DNA of 63,687 bases from IMG/VR virus record IMGVR_UViG_3300045988_102303; one strand, written 5' to 3'. A program made the translations under genes and the position numbers. Position 1 is the first letter of the stretch. Every line of letters begins with the position of its first letter. Under the pieces are notes generated by a model. It was not told the DNA's origin. It made no database searches and saw nothing but the letters and a program-made list of their open reading frames with translations. This stretch comes from a virus. Below, piece by piece: positions 14,905-23,414 of this stretch.

Positions 14905-15825
14905 TTATAATTCTATTCCTTCTCCGTACCATCTTTCTGTAACTTCTATATCACATTTCATTGGTATTTCGAATTTGTCATCTACTACATGCACCATTAT
15001 ATACTCTAATCTATCTCGTACTGCTTTTGCATTTTCTCTTGGGCATATTCCCAACACCTCATCGTGAACTGGGATTATTAATTTATACCCAAGTCTATTA
15101 AGTTCTGTATCATTAAATATTCTTATCATTGTAATTTTAGTCATATCAGCAGCACTTCCCTGGATTATACTATTTACACATTGTCTTTCAGCATCTTTAA
15201 TAAAGCCTCTATTATCTTTTATTGTATAACCTTCCTGTGCTGCTAATTCTTTTACATTTTGTTGCTGTTGTTTACCTCTAGCTTTATTTAATAATGTCCA
15301 GTACTTCTTATATATCTCATTAGGTACATAATCATCTTGAGGTAAGTCAGTATTACCAAATGCGAATGGGTCAAAATTATCACTATATGATTTTATACAC
15401 GGTTTTATTTCTATTGGAGGTAATTGCATATCTGATAATCTTCTTTTTCTACCCCAAGCAGTTTCAACAAATCCATAATCTCTTGCAAATGATTGAGCAA
15501 AGTCTACAAATTCTTTTACCTTTGAAAATTCAGTATAAAAATCATCAATTATTTTTTGGGCCTCTTGAGTTGATATTTTTAGCTGCTCTGCTATACTTGG
15601 TACACCTCTACCATACATAATCCCCAATAATACGGGCTTAACGCTTGTACGTCTTGCCTTACCTTCAGGATTAACAGAACCATCGGGTCTAAATTCCAAA
15701 CATTCTTCATATGGCATTTTGTATATTTTACTGGCGATTGTACCATAGAGGTCTTTTCCTTCTAAATATGCATTTATCATATGTTCATCACCACTCATAT
15801 GTGCTAGACAACGTGGCTCTTGCTG
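14905..15825 (-). CDS. polA: Family A DNA polymerase, exon 2 (begins QQEPRCLAHMSGDEHM)
   Basis: Frame stays open upstream of the track ATG to CAG CAA GAG CCA at 15825; carries the rest of motif A, motif B (KPVLLGIMYG) and motif C (VHDEV). Confidence 0.85.
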   Translation of the reverse strand, partial: QQEPRCLAHMSGDEHMINAYLEGKDLYGTIASKIYKMPYEECLEFRPDGSVNPEGKARRTSVKPVLLGIMYGRGVPSIAEQLKISTQEAQKIIDDFYTEFSKVKEFVDFAQSFARDYGFVETAWGRKRRLSDMQLPPIEIKPCIKSYSDNFDPFAFGNTDLPQDDYVPNEIYKKYWTLLNKARGKQQQQNVKELAAQEGYTIKDNRGFIKDAERQCVNSIIQGSAADMTKITMIRIFNDTELNRLGYKLIIPVHDEVLGICPRENAKAVRDRLEYIMVHVVDDKFEIPMKCDIEVTERWYGEGIEL

Positions 15826-16583
15826 CTTTCTGTTACGAGGTTCGCTACACCTCCTCCAGTTTCCTGGAGTGTCGGACTAGCTCTTCAGTATCGGTAATTA
15901 TCCGATAAACTGCTCGGCGTTTCGAAGTCGCTTGACTCCTACTCTACTAAGTTGACTTATATTATAAGTCCTGTTCGATAGTCTCTACACTCGGTACATA
16001 TCTCCATTTATAACCCCCTGCGGTTTTTCTTTTACCTCTACATACTTTGCTTATATTCTGTCTAGCAATTCCTGTCTTCTCTTCAGCATGTATAGGACTT
16101 TCAAATTTTTGGATTATATTTCCTTCCAAATCTAATTGGAATACAGGTTTACATTTAGTTCCTGGGTATATTTTAAATCGTTCTATTTGATTCTTAGAGT
16201 TGTCTACCCATTCTAAATTACTTACTTTATTATTTAATCTATCACCATCTATATGATGTACTATAGGGTAATTATTGGGATTTGGAATAAATGTCATAGC
16301 TACTAATCTATTTACTCTATACATCCCCCTTTTACATCCTCTAGATAGTTTAACCCTATAATATCCATCAGTAATATGCTTAGTAAGTAATTTACCTTCT
16401 TTGTTATATACATCACCATCTTTAGTAATGAAATAAAATGGATTTTCTATATTATCTATTATTAAGGGTTTCATATATTCACCTCCATTAATAGATATGT
16501 ACCTAGCTCGATATTGCCATGCCATTTATGGTTTAGGTTTCATCGAATTAACCGAGTTTTACTTCAGCCAGTCTTTTAGGTTA
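15826..16583 (-). mobile_element. Group I intron (758 nt) with HNH homing-endonuclease ORF, inserted in pol motif A
   Basis: P1: exon CUUCAGU pairs with intron GCUGAAG (intron nt 16-22) with U.G at the splice site; intron ends in G; GC-richer structured 3' part incl. CTCCAG-GAAA-CTGGAG; splicing restores GGDFS|QQEPR. Confidence 0.8.
15962..16474 (-). CDS. HNH homing endonuclease, I-HmuI-like (170 aa from the SD-preceded ATG)
   Basis: SD GGAGGTGAATAT-ATG at 16474; HHIDGDRLNNKVSNLEWVDNSKN (HNH) and C-terminal GIARQNISKVCRGKRKTAGGYKWRY HTH-like tail. Confidence 0.8.
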   Translation of the reverse strand: MKPLIIDNIENPFYFITKDGDVYNKEGKLLTKHITDGYYRVKLSRGCKRGMYRVNRLVAMTFIPNPNNYPIVHHIDGDRLNNKVSNLEWVDNSKNQIERFKIYPGTKCKPVFQLDLEGNIIQKFESPIHAEEKTGIARQNISKVCRGKRKTAGGYKWRYVPSVETIEQDL

Positions 16584-18038
16584 ACTGAAGTCGCCCCCTA
16601 CTATTACCATGCCATCACCCGCTATAAACATCTGTCTTATATCATGTCCTGCGTCTATTACAGTTCCATCACTTAATGTAGTTTTTTGAGATGGTATATT
16701 TTGTAAATTTGGGTCACTACTACTAAATCTACCTGTTTTTGCTCCATATTGATTAAAATTAGCATGAAGTCGGTTATCTCTTTTGGCAATATGACTTGGT
16801 ATGGCTTCTATATAAGTACTCAATAATTTGCTCATACTTCTATATTCCAATATGCTATCGACTAAAGGATGCTTAAAAGATTTTAATATAGCTTCACCTG
16901 TTCCTCTCGGTGATTTCCTATCTGGACTTTCAAACTCTAGCACATCATAAAATAATATAGCTAGTTGAGTTGGTGAACTTATATTAACCTTTCTTATCCC
17001 GTCTTTAAATAGTTTATTATAAGCACCTGGATTTTTTACCATTAATTTATCAAATTTATCATTTAATTTATCTATCTCCAAGTTAAATTTAGTCTCTGCT
17101 GCATCCATATGTTTTGTATATTGTTCTTTTAAACGATTAGCTAAATCTGTATCTATTTGTACCCCAGTACATTCCATTTCAAATACCACCTGAATTAGTG
17201 GCATCTCTATATTACGAAATACTTCTGCAACTCTCTCTAAGCCTTTTTCTTTACAATATTTTCCATTGATGTCTAAAAATTCATACTGGAATTGATATAA
17301 TTCATACGTCATTATTGGGTCAAATGATGCATACATATAAGCGACATCTGGAGGTACTTTGTTAAATTCTATACCTTTAAATAATGAGTTAAAAGATGCA
17401 ACTTTACTATCTTCATCTGCGTTATCTACATATTTCTTATATAATTGTTTCAATCCATGCGGCTCATTTTCATTTAATAAATAACCACCAATTAAAGTGT
17501 CCCAATATGGAATTATTTTAACTTTGAGCATCCACCATAATATGTGCATGTCAAATTTAGCATTATGAAGTATATATTTTACTTTAGACTTATTCATTCG
17601 TTCAAATTGCTCTTTCATGAAATCTACTGCTACATTTGTCTTCAATTCAATCCCAGTCATATAGCTTTCATGTCGTATTGGAATATATATCCCCTTCTGA
17701 CCTGGTGTGTATAAGCATACACCTGCTATTTTTCCATCTATTCTATCTAGTCCATTTGTTTCGGTATCAACTGCTATTATGCCATTTGCAATAGCGCAAT
17801 CTATATAGGATTTAATCCTATTATCATCATCTAATAATTCCAGTCTATCTAATTTATCTGCAAACACTTCTTGAGACATATCCTTCGCCAATTGCACTTT
17901 ACCACTAATGCTCTTAGGTACTATTTTTCCAACTTGTTTTTTACTGGATTTTTTATTTAACATTTCAAGTGCTTTCTTTTGGGCCTCTTGAGTTTTCCTT
18001 GCACTAACATTACAGAACATATCGCCTATTCGTCCCAT
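16584..18038 (-). CDS. polA: Family A DNA polymerase, exon 1 (3'-5' exonuclease + N-terminal polymerase part, ends GGDFS)
   Basis: Exo motifs IAVDTETNGL and YASFD; SSPTQLAILFYDVLEF; NLQNIP; ORF stops on a TAA that is the first triplet of the intron. Confidence 0.85.
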
Positions 18039-18054
18039 AGTATTATACCTCCTT

Positions 18055-18086
18055 ATAAAATAACCACCCCTTAATTGAGGTGGTTA
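18055..18086 (-). terminator. Stem-loop/terminator upstream of pol SD
   Basis: Minus strand TAACCACC-N10-GGTGGTTA followed by TTTTAT, immediately before AAGGAGG of pol. Confidence 0.55.
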
Positions 18087-18095
18087 TATTTATTG

Positions 18096-18260
18096 CTATT
18101 TAACAACTATACTGATAACATAGTCTAGATTGTACATTCCTACCCATACGCCATCTTTTTTTATTATGAAATATTTTCCGTCATAAAGGTAATCGTCCCA
18201 TTTAGTCGATGACCATTCTACTTCCTCTGAATTTACCATCGTTATTCTTATAAATTCCAT
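18096..18260 (-). CDS. Small hypothetical protein (54 aa, not in ORF track)
   Basis: SD GGAGATGATATT-ATG; MEFIRITMVNSEEVEWSSTKWDDYLYDGKYFIIKKDGVWVGMYNLDYVISIVVK. Confidence 0.5.
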   Translation of the reverse strand: MEFIRITMVNSEEVEWSSTKWDDYLYDGKYFIIKKDGVWVGMYNLDYVISIVVK

Positions 18261-18274
18261 AATATCATCTCCTA

Positions 18275-18943
18275 TTAAAATACATCACTTGGAGCAGTAG
18301 TTCTTGTTCCTCTAGTTGTATGCATAGGCTCAAAGTGTTGTTCTTGCATTTGATGTTGTTGTGCTGCATGTTGAGGTGTATAAGTTCCTGCTATCATTTG
18401 ATTCATTTCATCTATTGATGCTTTGATAATTAGGCTTCCTTCAAGTTCTTGCTTTTGTGGCAAGTCTTCAAGTTTTACATCATCTTTGCCCATTGGCATA
18501 AATTCATATTGAGTCTTTTGGTCGCCCTTTTTACCTCTTCTTATTACCTTAATTTTAACTCCTGATAAATTTCCAAATTCATTTAGATATGTTATTATCT
18601 TTGATACAAAACTTGAACCTCTCTCCCAAACTTGCACTGCTTCTGGATTATCTGATGCTACAAGTTGTAAGAATAATTTTTCTTTAGGTTTATTACCTGC
18701 TTTACATAATGGGCAATCATCTGGATGAGATTCTCCATTTTCATCTACTGAATTACAACTAACATATCTTTTCTTACCATCAATTTGTACTTCATGTACT
18801 AAGAAATAATCTATATCTGAGCCATCTGGTTGGTTGTATAAAAATCTAACCACTGCACTATCTCCATCATCTCTTAAACTGAAATATCCCCCATTTCCTG
18901 AACCTTGATATTTACCTGCATTTCCAATTCCTATTTTTGCCAT
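18275..18943 (-). CDS. T4 gp32-like single-stranded DNA-binding protein
   Basis: AVVRFLY (cf. gp32 AVIRFLP) and Zn site C-x9-H-x3-C-x2-C (CNSVDENGESHPDDCPLC), as I recall them in gp32; ends ...APSDVF. Confidence 0.7.
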   Translation of the reverse strand: MAKIGIGNAGKYQGSGNGGYFSLRDDGDSAVVRFLYNQPDGSDIDYFLVHEVQIDGKKRYVSCNSVDENGESHPDDCPLCKAGNKPKEKLFLQLVASDNPEAVQVWERGSSFVSKIITYLNEFGNLSGVKIKVIRRGKKGDQKTQYEFMPMGKDDVKLEDLPQKQELEGSLIIKASIDEMNQMIAGTYTPQHAAQQHQMQEQHFEPMHTTRGTRTTAPSDVF

Positions 18944-19023
18944 TTTGTGTTCCTCCTAGTTTTTAGTTTTTATAAGTTTTTAGGTTTGGGAGATATATTT
19001 TATAACCCTCTCCCTGTTGGGTT
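18944..19023 (-). promoter_or_regulatory. 5' leader of SSB gene: candidate H-type pseudoknot + A-rich repeat (translational operator)
   Basis: Minus strand AACCC-AACA-GGGAGA-GGGTT-ATAAAATATA-TCTCCC, then AAACCTAAAAACTTATAAAAACTAAAAACT-AGGAGG-N8-ATG. Confidence 0.5.
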
Positions 19024-19029
19024 ATGTTT

Positions 19030-19061
19030 ATTATATATTTTTATTACTAAAATTTGTTAAC
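19030..19061 (-). promoter_or_regulatory. Family-1 promoter for SSB
   Basis: Minus strand GTTAACAAATTTTAGTAATAAAAATATATAATAA (TTAACA-N17-TATATAAT). Confidence 0.65.
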
Positions 19062-19068
19062 TATATAT

Positions 19069-19143
19069 TTAATATAATGCATATATTATGCAACTTATTA
19101 CAAAAGTCATTAAGACTATTATAATCACATCAGGTGTAATCAT
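19069..19143 (-). CDS. Mini-ORF, hydrophobic peptide (24 aa, not in ORF track)
   Basis: SD AGCAGGAGGTGCTATA-ATG right after the nrdJ stop; MITPDVIIIVLMTFVISCIIYALY. Confidence 0.3.
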   Translation of the reverse strand: MITPDVIIIVLMTFVISCIIYALY

Positions 19144-19159
19144 TATAGCACCTCCTGCT

Positions 19160-20623
19160 CTAATCACATTTTGTCCAGCCACAATTAAAGCAGCTAATGC
19201 AACCTCCAGTGTAAGTTAACGCTGCACCACATTCTGGACATTGTTTACTCTTGGCAATAATTTTATCTTGTACTTTTAATTCAACTATTTCAGGTTGATT
19301 TAAATAGGTACATTTAAATTGCTCATGCAATTTTAGGAGTTCTCTGCCTATTGCATCTGCGCAGCTTCTACCACTACTTATATCTGATTGAGTAGCTTTT
19401 TTACTTATAAATGAAGGGCAAGCAACAACTGAATTTAGTTGGTCAACTATCTCCTCAACAGTCGCACCTTTTTTACCAGCTAGTGATATAAGTCTTGATA
19501 ATCCTACCATATAACTATTACAACCGCCTTTACTTCCTTTGTTTAGGAATATATGACATAATTGTCCAGTTTCCTTATGGAAATATACGGTCATCCATAA
19601 ACTACCACAACCTGTTTGTAGTTTGCTGCCAAATGCAATACAATGATTTATTGCTGTATCAATTGTATTTAGTTGAATAGGTTTAGATTTTTCTTCTTTA
19701 GGTTCAATTTTGTTTAATATACCGACTTTTTTACAACCATCTCTAAATACGGTTAACCCCTTACAACCTAATTCATGTGCTAATACGTATGCCTTAAATA
19801 CATCTTCAACAGTTGCCTCATTCGGTAAATTAAGCGTACTGGATATACTAGCATCAATCCATTGTTGCCAATCTGCTTGAGTTTTTACCCTACTCATAAA
19901 GTCAAGGTCTTTTGCTCCTATCAGATAAGCTGGTTTATTATTTAACATATCTATGTCATCAGCTTCTATTGCTTGGTGAACAATATCTGGGTATTCCATA
20001 TATACTTTATCTTCGGCATTTAGAGACTTAGTAGTTCTTGCGAATCCGTTAACATCGTATACAGGCTCAACTCCAGTTGATATTCCAAACATTGTACCAA
20101 TACTGCCTGTTGGAGCTATTGTAAATAATTGACTATTTCTTAAACCATAAGTTTTTATTAAATTAATAGTTTCATCTGAAATTACGCCATCTTTTATTTT
20201 ACTTTGCATATAAAATGAATTAAGTATAAAGTCTTCATTATATGATTCAAATGTACCTAATTCCTTTGCAAGTAAAGCAGACTCTTGAAGTCCTGCATTA
20301 CATAATGCTTTACCTATTGTCGCTATTAATTTTGAGCATCTATCACTACCATATGGAATTCTCATTTTAATAAGCATATCACCAAATCCCATAATACCAA
20401 GTCCAATTTGTCTCCATTTTGCAACTGAATCTCTTTGTATTTGTAATGGATGTAATGGTAGGCCTTCATCTAATACTTGATTCAATGCTCTTACTGCAAT
20501 TTTTACAGCCCTTATAAACGCTGGTGTATTAAATACGGGTCTTTCCCCAAATGGGTCTTTTACAAATTCAGATAAGTTTAATGACCCTAACAAGCAACTA
20601 CCTCCAGCTGGTAATGGTTCTTC
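19160..20623 (-). CDS. nrdJ: Class II (B12-dependent) ribonucleotide reductase, exon 2 (begins EEPLPAGGSC)
   Basis: EEPLPAGGSCLLGSLNL follows the NPC(A/G)E active-site loop; TGCGSLWMTV (TSCPD-type domain); C-terminal CPECG...CFNCG. Confidence 0.8.
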   Translation of the reverse strand, partial: EEPLPAGGSCLLGSLNLSEFVKDPFGERPVFNTPAFIRAVKIAVRALNQVLDEGLPLHPLQIQRDSVAKWRQIGLGIMGFGDMLIKMRIPYGSDRCSKLIATIGKALCNAGLQESALLAKELGTFESYNEDFILNSFYMQSKIKDGVISDETINLIKTYGLRNSQLFTIAPTGSIGTMFGISTGVEPVYDVNGFARTTKSLNAEDKVYMEYPDIVHQAIEADDIDMLNNKPAYLIGAKDLDFMSRVKTQADWQQWIDASISSTLNLPNEATVEDVFKAYVLAHELGCKGLTVFRDGCKKVGILNKIEPKEEKSKPIQLNTIDTAINHCIAFGSKLQTGCGSLWMTVYFHKETGQLCHIFLNKGSKGGCNSYMVGLSRLISLAGKKGATVEEIVDQLNSVVACPSFISKKATQSDISSGRSCADAIGRELLKLHEQFKCTYLNQPEIVELKVQDKIIAKSKQCPECGAALTYTGGCISCFNCGWTKCD

Positions 20624-20925
20624 CACTTTGTTATCCTAAAGGCTTTTTATCCTCTAGTTCTAGGGATTTCTCCCATCGTTAGATATTACCATCTCTAACT
20701 ACTAACGGTCAATTCCGCTCTAGGTCGGCATATATTTTCACCTCCCACAGGGTAGTGGTTCAAACGGTGTTAGGAACTCGTGGAGGGATTATTACTTTCA
20801 TTTTAACGTTCACCCTCTATGCTCTACAAACGATATTAGATATTATCGCTCTCGGTATTACCTTATCCATTTAGAACTTAGGCTTCACCGATACATCCTA
20901 ATTTTTTACTTGAGCCAAATTATTT
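20624..20925 (-). ncRNA. ORF-less group I intron (302 nt) in nrdJ
   Basis: Exon CUUGUGCU pairs with intron GGCUCAAG (nt 10-17; 7 of 8 pairs, U.G at splice site); last nt G; visibly GC-richer than flanks; no ORF; splicing restores NPCA|EEPLP. Confidence 0.75.
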
Positions 20926-21672
20926 AGCACAAGGATTCACCCCTGCAAACTCAAATTCACCATTCTTAATATATTCAGATAGTAATGTTTCTTTATTAAT
21001 ATTATCCCAAAATAACATTCCAGGTTCTCCCCAGTCCCAGTTATTTTCAGCTAATTTATACATTAAATCATTAGCATTTCCATCTCCAGCTATTACTCTT
21101 GTCATAAATAGGTCATCGGTTCTTACTGATATATTACATTGTTCTAATTTTTTATTTTGAGTTTTTGCGTTAATGAAATCTTTTATCTCTGGGTGATTAA
21201 CACTCATGGATATCATTAATGCCCCACGACGTCCCTTTTGCCCTATCGTTTGAGATGTGTTATTGAAAGTATCCATAAAGCTAACTGCTCCAGTTGTGGT
21301 CATTGCTGCGTTATTAACAGGGCTACCTTTTGGTCGAAGTTGTGATATATCAATACCACAACCTCCACCATAACTAAAGGTTCTAGCTAAATATTTATTT
21401 GTATCATATATCTCCTCAATACTGTCGCCAACTTGAGGTAATACATAACAATTACTATATGTTACTTTTCTATCTGTTACCCCTCTCGATGCTAATATTC
21501 TGCCACCAAATATAAATCTTTTATTTATTATTAAATCTTTAACTTCAGTATCTCCATTTGATACTCTATCAAGCCATTGGGCAAAAGTTTCATCGCCATT
21601 TTGATATTTTTTCTTCCAAATATCTTCTCCTAACTGACTTAATTTCCAATCTTTTAGTTCCATATACAACAT
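20926..21672 (-). CDS. nrdJ: Class II ribonucleotide reductase, exon 1 (ends GVNPCA)
   Basis: FIFGGRILASRG, GGGCGIDISQLRPKG, RRGALMISM and terminal NPCA; the ORF runs 2 codons into the intron before TAA. Confidence 0.8.
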
Positions 21673-21678
21673 TCCTCC

Positions 21679-22311
21679 TTATATAGCTTTTAAATCTATT
21701 AATTTTTCTTGCAATGCCTTAACTATCACGTTAGCTCCAGCTCTTGAAATACCTATTTGAGCGGCTACAGCAGATTTTGTTGGTTTACAACCATTTATCA
21801 AAGCATTACAGAATTTTCTTTGGTTATTATTCATATCTATTGATTCTATATAATATTTTAATTCCACTTCGTCAAAATCTTTTGAATCTGTTTGACCCAT
21901 GCAACTATGTTTGTCTTCACTTCCTTCATCGTCATCTCCAACAAAATAATCTGAAAATAATTGTGTATGAGTACATTGATTCAATACTCTCTTTTGCATT
22001 TTTTCCGCTTGAGTTAGATGTCTTAATTCATTATAGATATATGTGCATATTAGACTTGTTAATTTAGCTTTACTTCCTATTTGATAATTTTCTAAGCCTT
22101 TCCATATTTGTTCTAATATAACTGATTCTTTAGTAGCTTCATCTAAGCCTAAGAATTTATTTGATATTGAACTGAATTGTGGATATCCTGTTTCATATAC
22201 AAATGCTATTATAACGTCTTTGTTACCTCTATGATATTCATTAATTAGCTCTTCTGTAGATTTTTCACCTGTAAAATTATCCATTATATTTAATAACATT
22301 TCATGTTTCAT
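21679..22311 (-). CDS. Sigma-like factor / HTH transcription regulator
   Basis: Region-2-like LICTYIYNELRHL and C-terminal HTH SAVAAQIGISRAGANVIVKALQEKL; transcribed from a consensus family-2 promoter. Confidence 0.55.
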   Translation of the reverse strand: MKHEMLLNIMDNFTGEKSTEELINEYHRGNKDVIIAFVYETGYPQFSSISNKFLGLDEATKESVILEQIWKGLENYQIGSKAKLTSLICTYIYNELRHLTQAEKMQKRVLNQCTHTQLFSDYFVGDDDEGSEDKHSCMGQTDSKDFDEVELKYYIESIDMNNNQRKFCNALINGCKPTKSAVAAQIGISRAGANVIVKALQEKLIDLKAI

Positions 22312-22359
22312 AATATAACCCCCATTATTTTTATTTGTTTTATTTTATTTGATACTTAT

Positions 22360-22400
22360 ATTATATACTTTAGTATGTAATAAGTCAAGTAAGTTTAATA
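22360..22400 (-). promoter_or_regulatory. Family-2 promoter, copy B
   Basis: Minus strand AAATTTATTAAACTTACTTGACTTATTACATACTAAAGTATATAAT; -35 = 22383-22388, -10 = 22360-22365, spacer 17. Confidence 0.75.
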
Positions 22401-22403
22401 AAT

Positions 22404-23390
22404 TTATATAATATTTTTTATATCAAGATTTAGCACATCTGCACCTAAATCATTAATATCTCGTGTATCGTCATATCTATATTGTAGAACTTTAAGCAAT
22501 TTTGTGTTATGCAATTTTTGAATAATCTTATCAGTTCCCTTTCTACCTGCATCATCATTATCTAATGCTATCACATACTCTCGAGCTGGTAATCTCTTTA
22601 GCAATTCATATTGTTTACCCCCACCTGTACCTAATAATGCTACTGCTGGTATTCCTAATTGCCAAAGTGTTAATGCATTAAATATAGATTCTACTATCCA
22701 TACTATTTTACAATTTTCGATAATACATTCATATCCACCGAATAAAAAATCTGTTTTCTTTATTCCAGGTGGTATCATATAAAATTTACTATTTATATTT
22801 CTCGTTTGTATAAATTTTACTTCGCCGCTTAAATCCTTAACGGGCAAAGTTATTATCATTTCTGTGGGACTGCATCCAATATTGAATTTAATGCAAATTT
22901 CCCTGCCTATGCCTCTGTCAGCCAGGTATTTACAATAGTAGGAGTAATTATCCAATACTGAGTTAGGTATTGTCTGATAGGCGATAGGAGCGGCATCTCT
23001 AGTTATATTGATATCTAATGTTCTAGTTGATTCAATTAGAGTAGTTCGATATTTTGATTTTATCCAATTATTACCATATAGTCCACTATCATTGTACCCA
23101 AAACAAAATGAAATAAAACTTGCTAAATCAGCTGTATATCCGCAAGTAAAACAATGAACAGTTCCCGCTGGTGTTAATTTACCATTTGAATAGGTGTCTA
23201 CTAAAGACATACCGCAGCTTGGTTTTCGTTCTTGCCCTGACTTATGAGATGGACAAGAAATCATTATATTATCATTCACAGGTTTTATTGAATGTAATAA
23301 TTGAATTCCATTTAAATTCAAATCTTGTTGTAAATCTGTTAATAATGTAATTCCATCTACATCGACAGATAATCCATTTACTTTGAACAT
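22404..23390 (-). CDS. dnaG: DnaG-type primase
   Basis: Zn ribbon CPSHKSGQERKPSCGM...HCFTCGY and TOPRIM (VESIFNALTL, ALDNDDAGRKG). Confidence 0.8.
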   Translation of the reverse strand: MFKVNGLSVDVDGITLLTDLQQDLNLNGIQLLHSIKPVNDNIMISCPSHKSGQERKPSCGMSLVDTYSNGKLTPAGTVHCFTCGYTADLASFISFCFGYNDSGLYGNNWIKSKYRTTLIESTRTLDINITRDAAPIAYQTIPNSVLDNYSYYCKYLADRGIGREICIKFNIGCSPTEMIITLPVKDLSGEVKFIQTRNINSKFYMIPPGIKKTDFLFGGYECIIENCKIVWIVESIFNALTLWQLGIPAVALLGTGGGKQYELLKRLPAREYVIALDNDDAGRKGTDKIIQKLHNTKLLKVLQYRYDDTRDINDLGADVLNLDIKNII

Positions 23391-23414
23391 CTATATTCCT
23401 CCTTCCACGATTAT

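Noticed and set aside
16950-16967. QLAILF in DNA polymerase exon 1 as a clamp-binding motif
   Set aside because: It belongs to the S-x-x-Q-L-x-x-(I/L)-L-F segment conserved in family A polymerases generally (E. coli Pol I has KQLQTILF). It is therefore not evidence for clamp binding.
20740-20775. GGTAGTGGTTCAAACGG as a tRNA T-arm
   Set aside because: It lies on the plus strand inside the nrdJ group I intron, with no acceptor or anticodon arms around it. The local GC richness is explained by the intron core.
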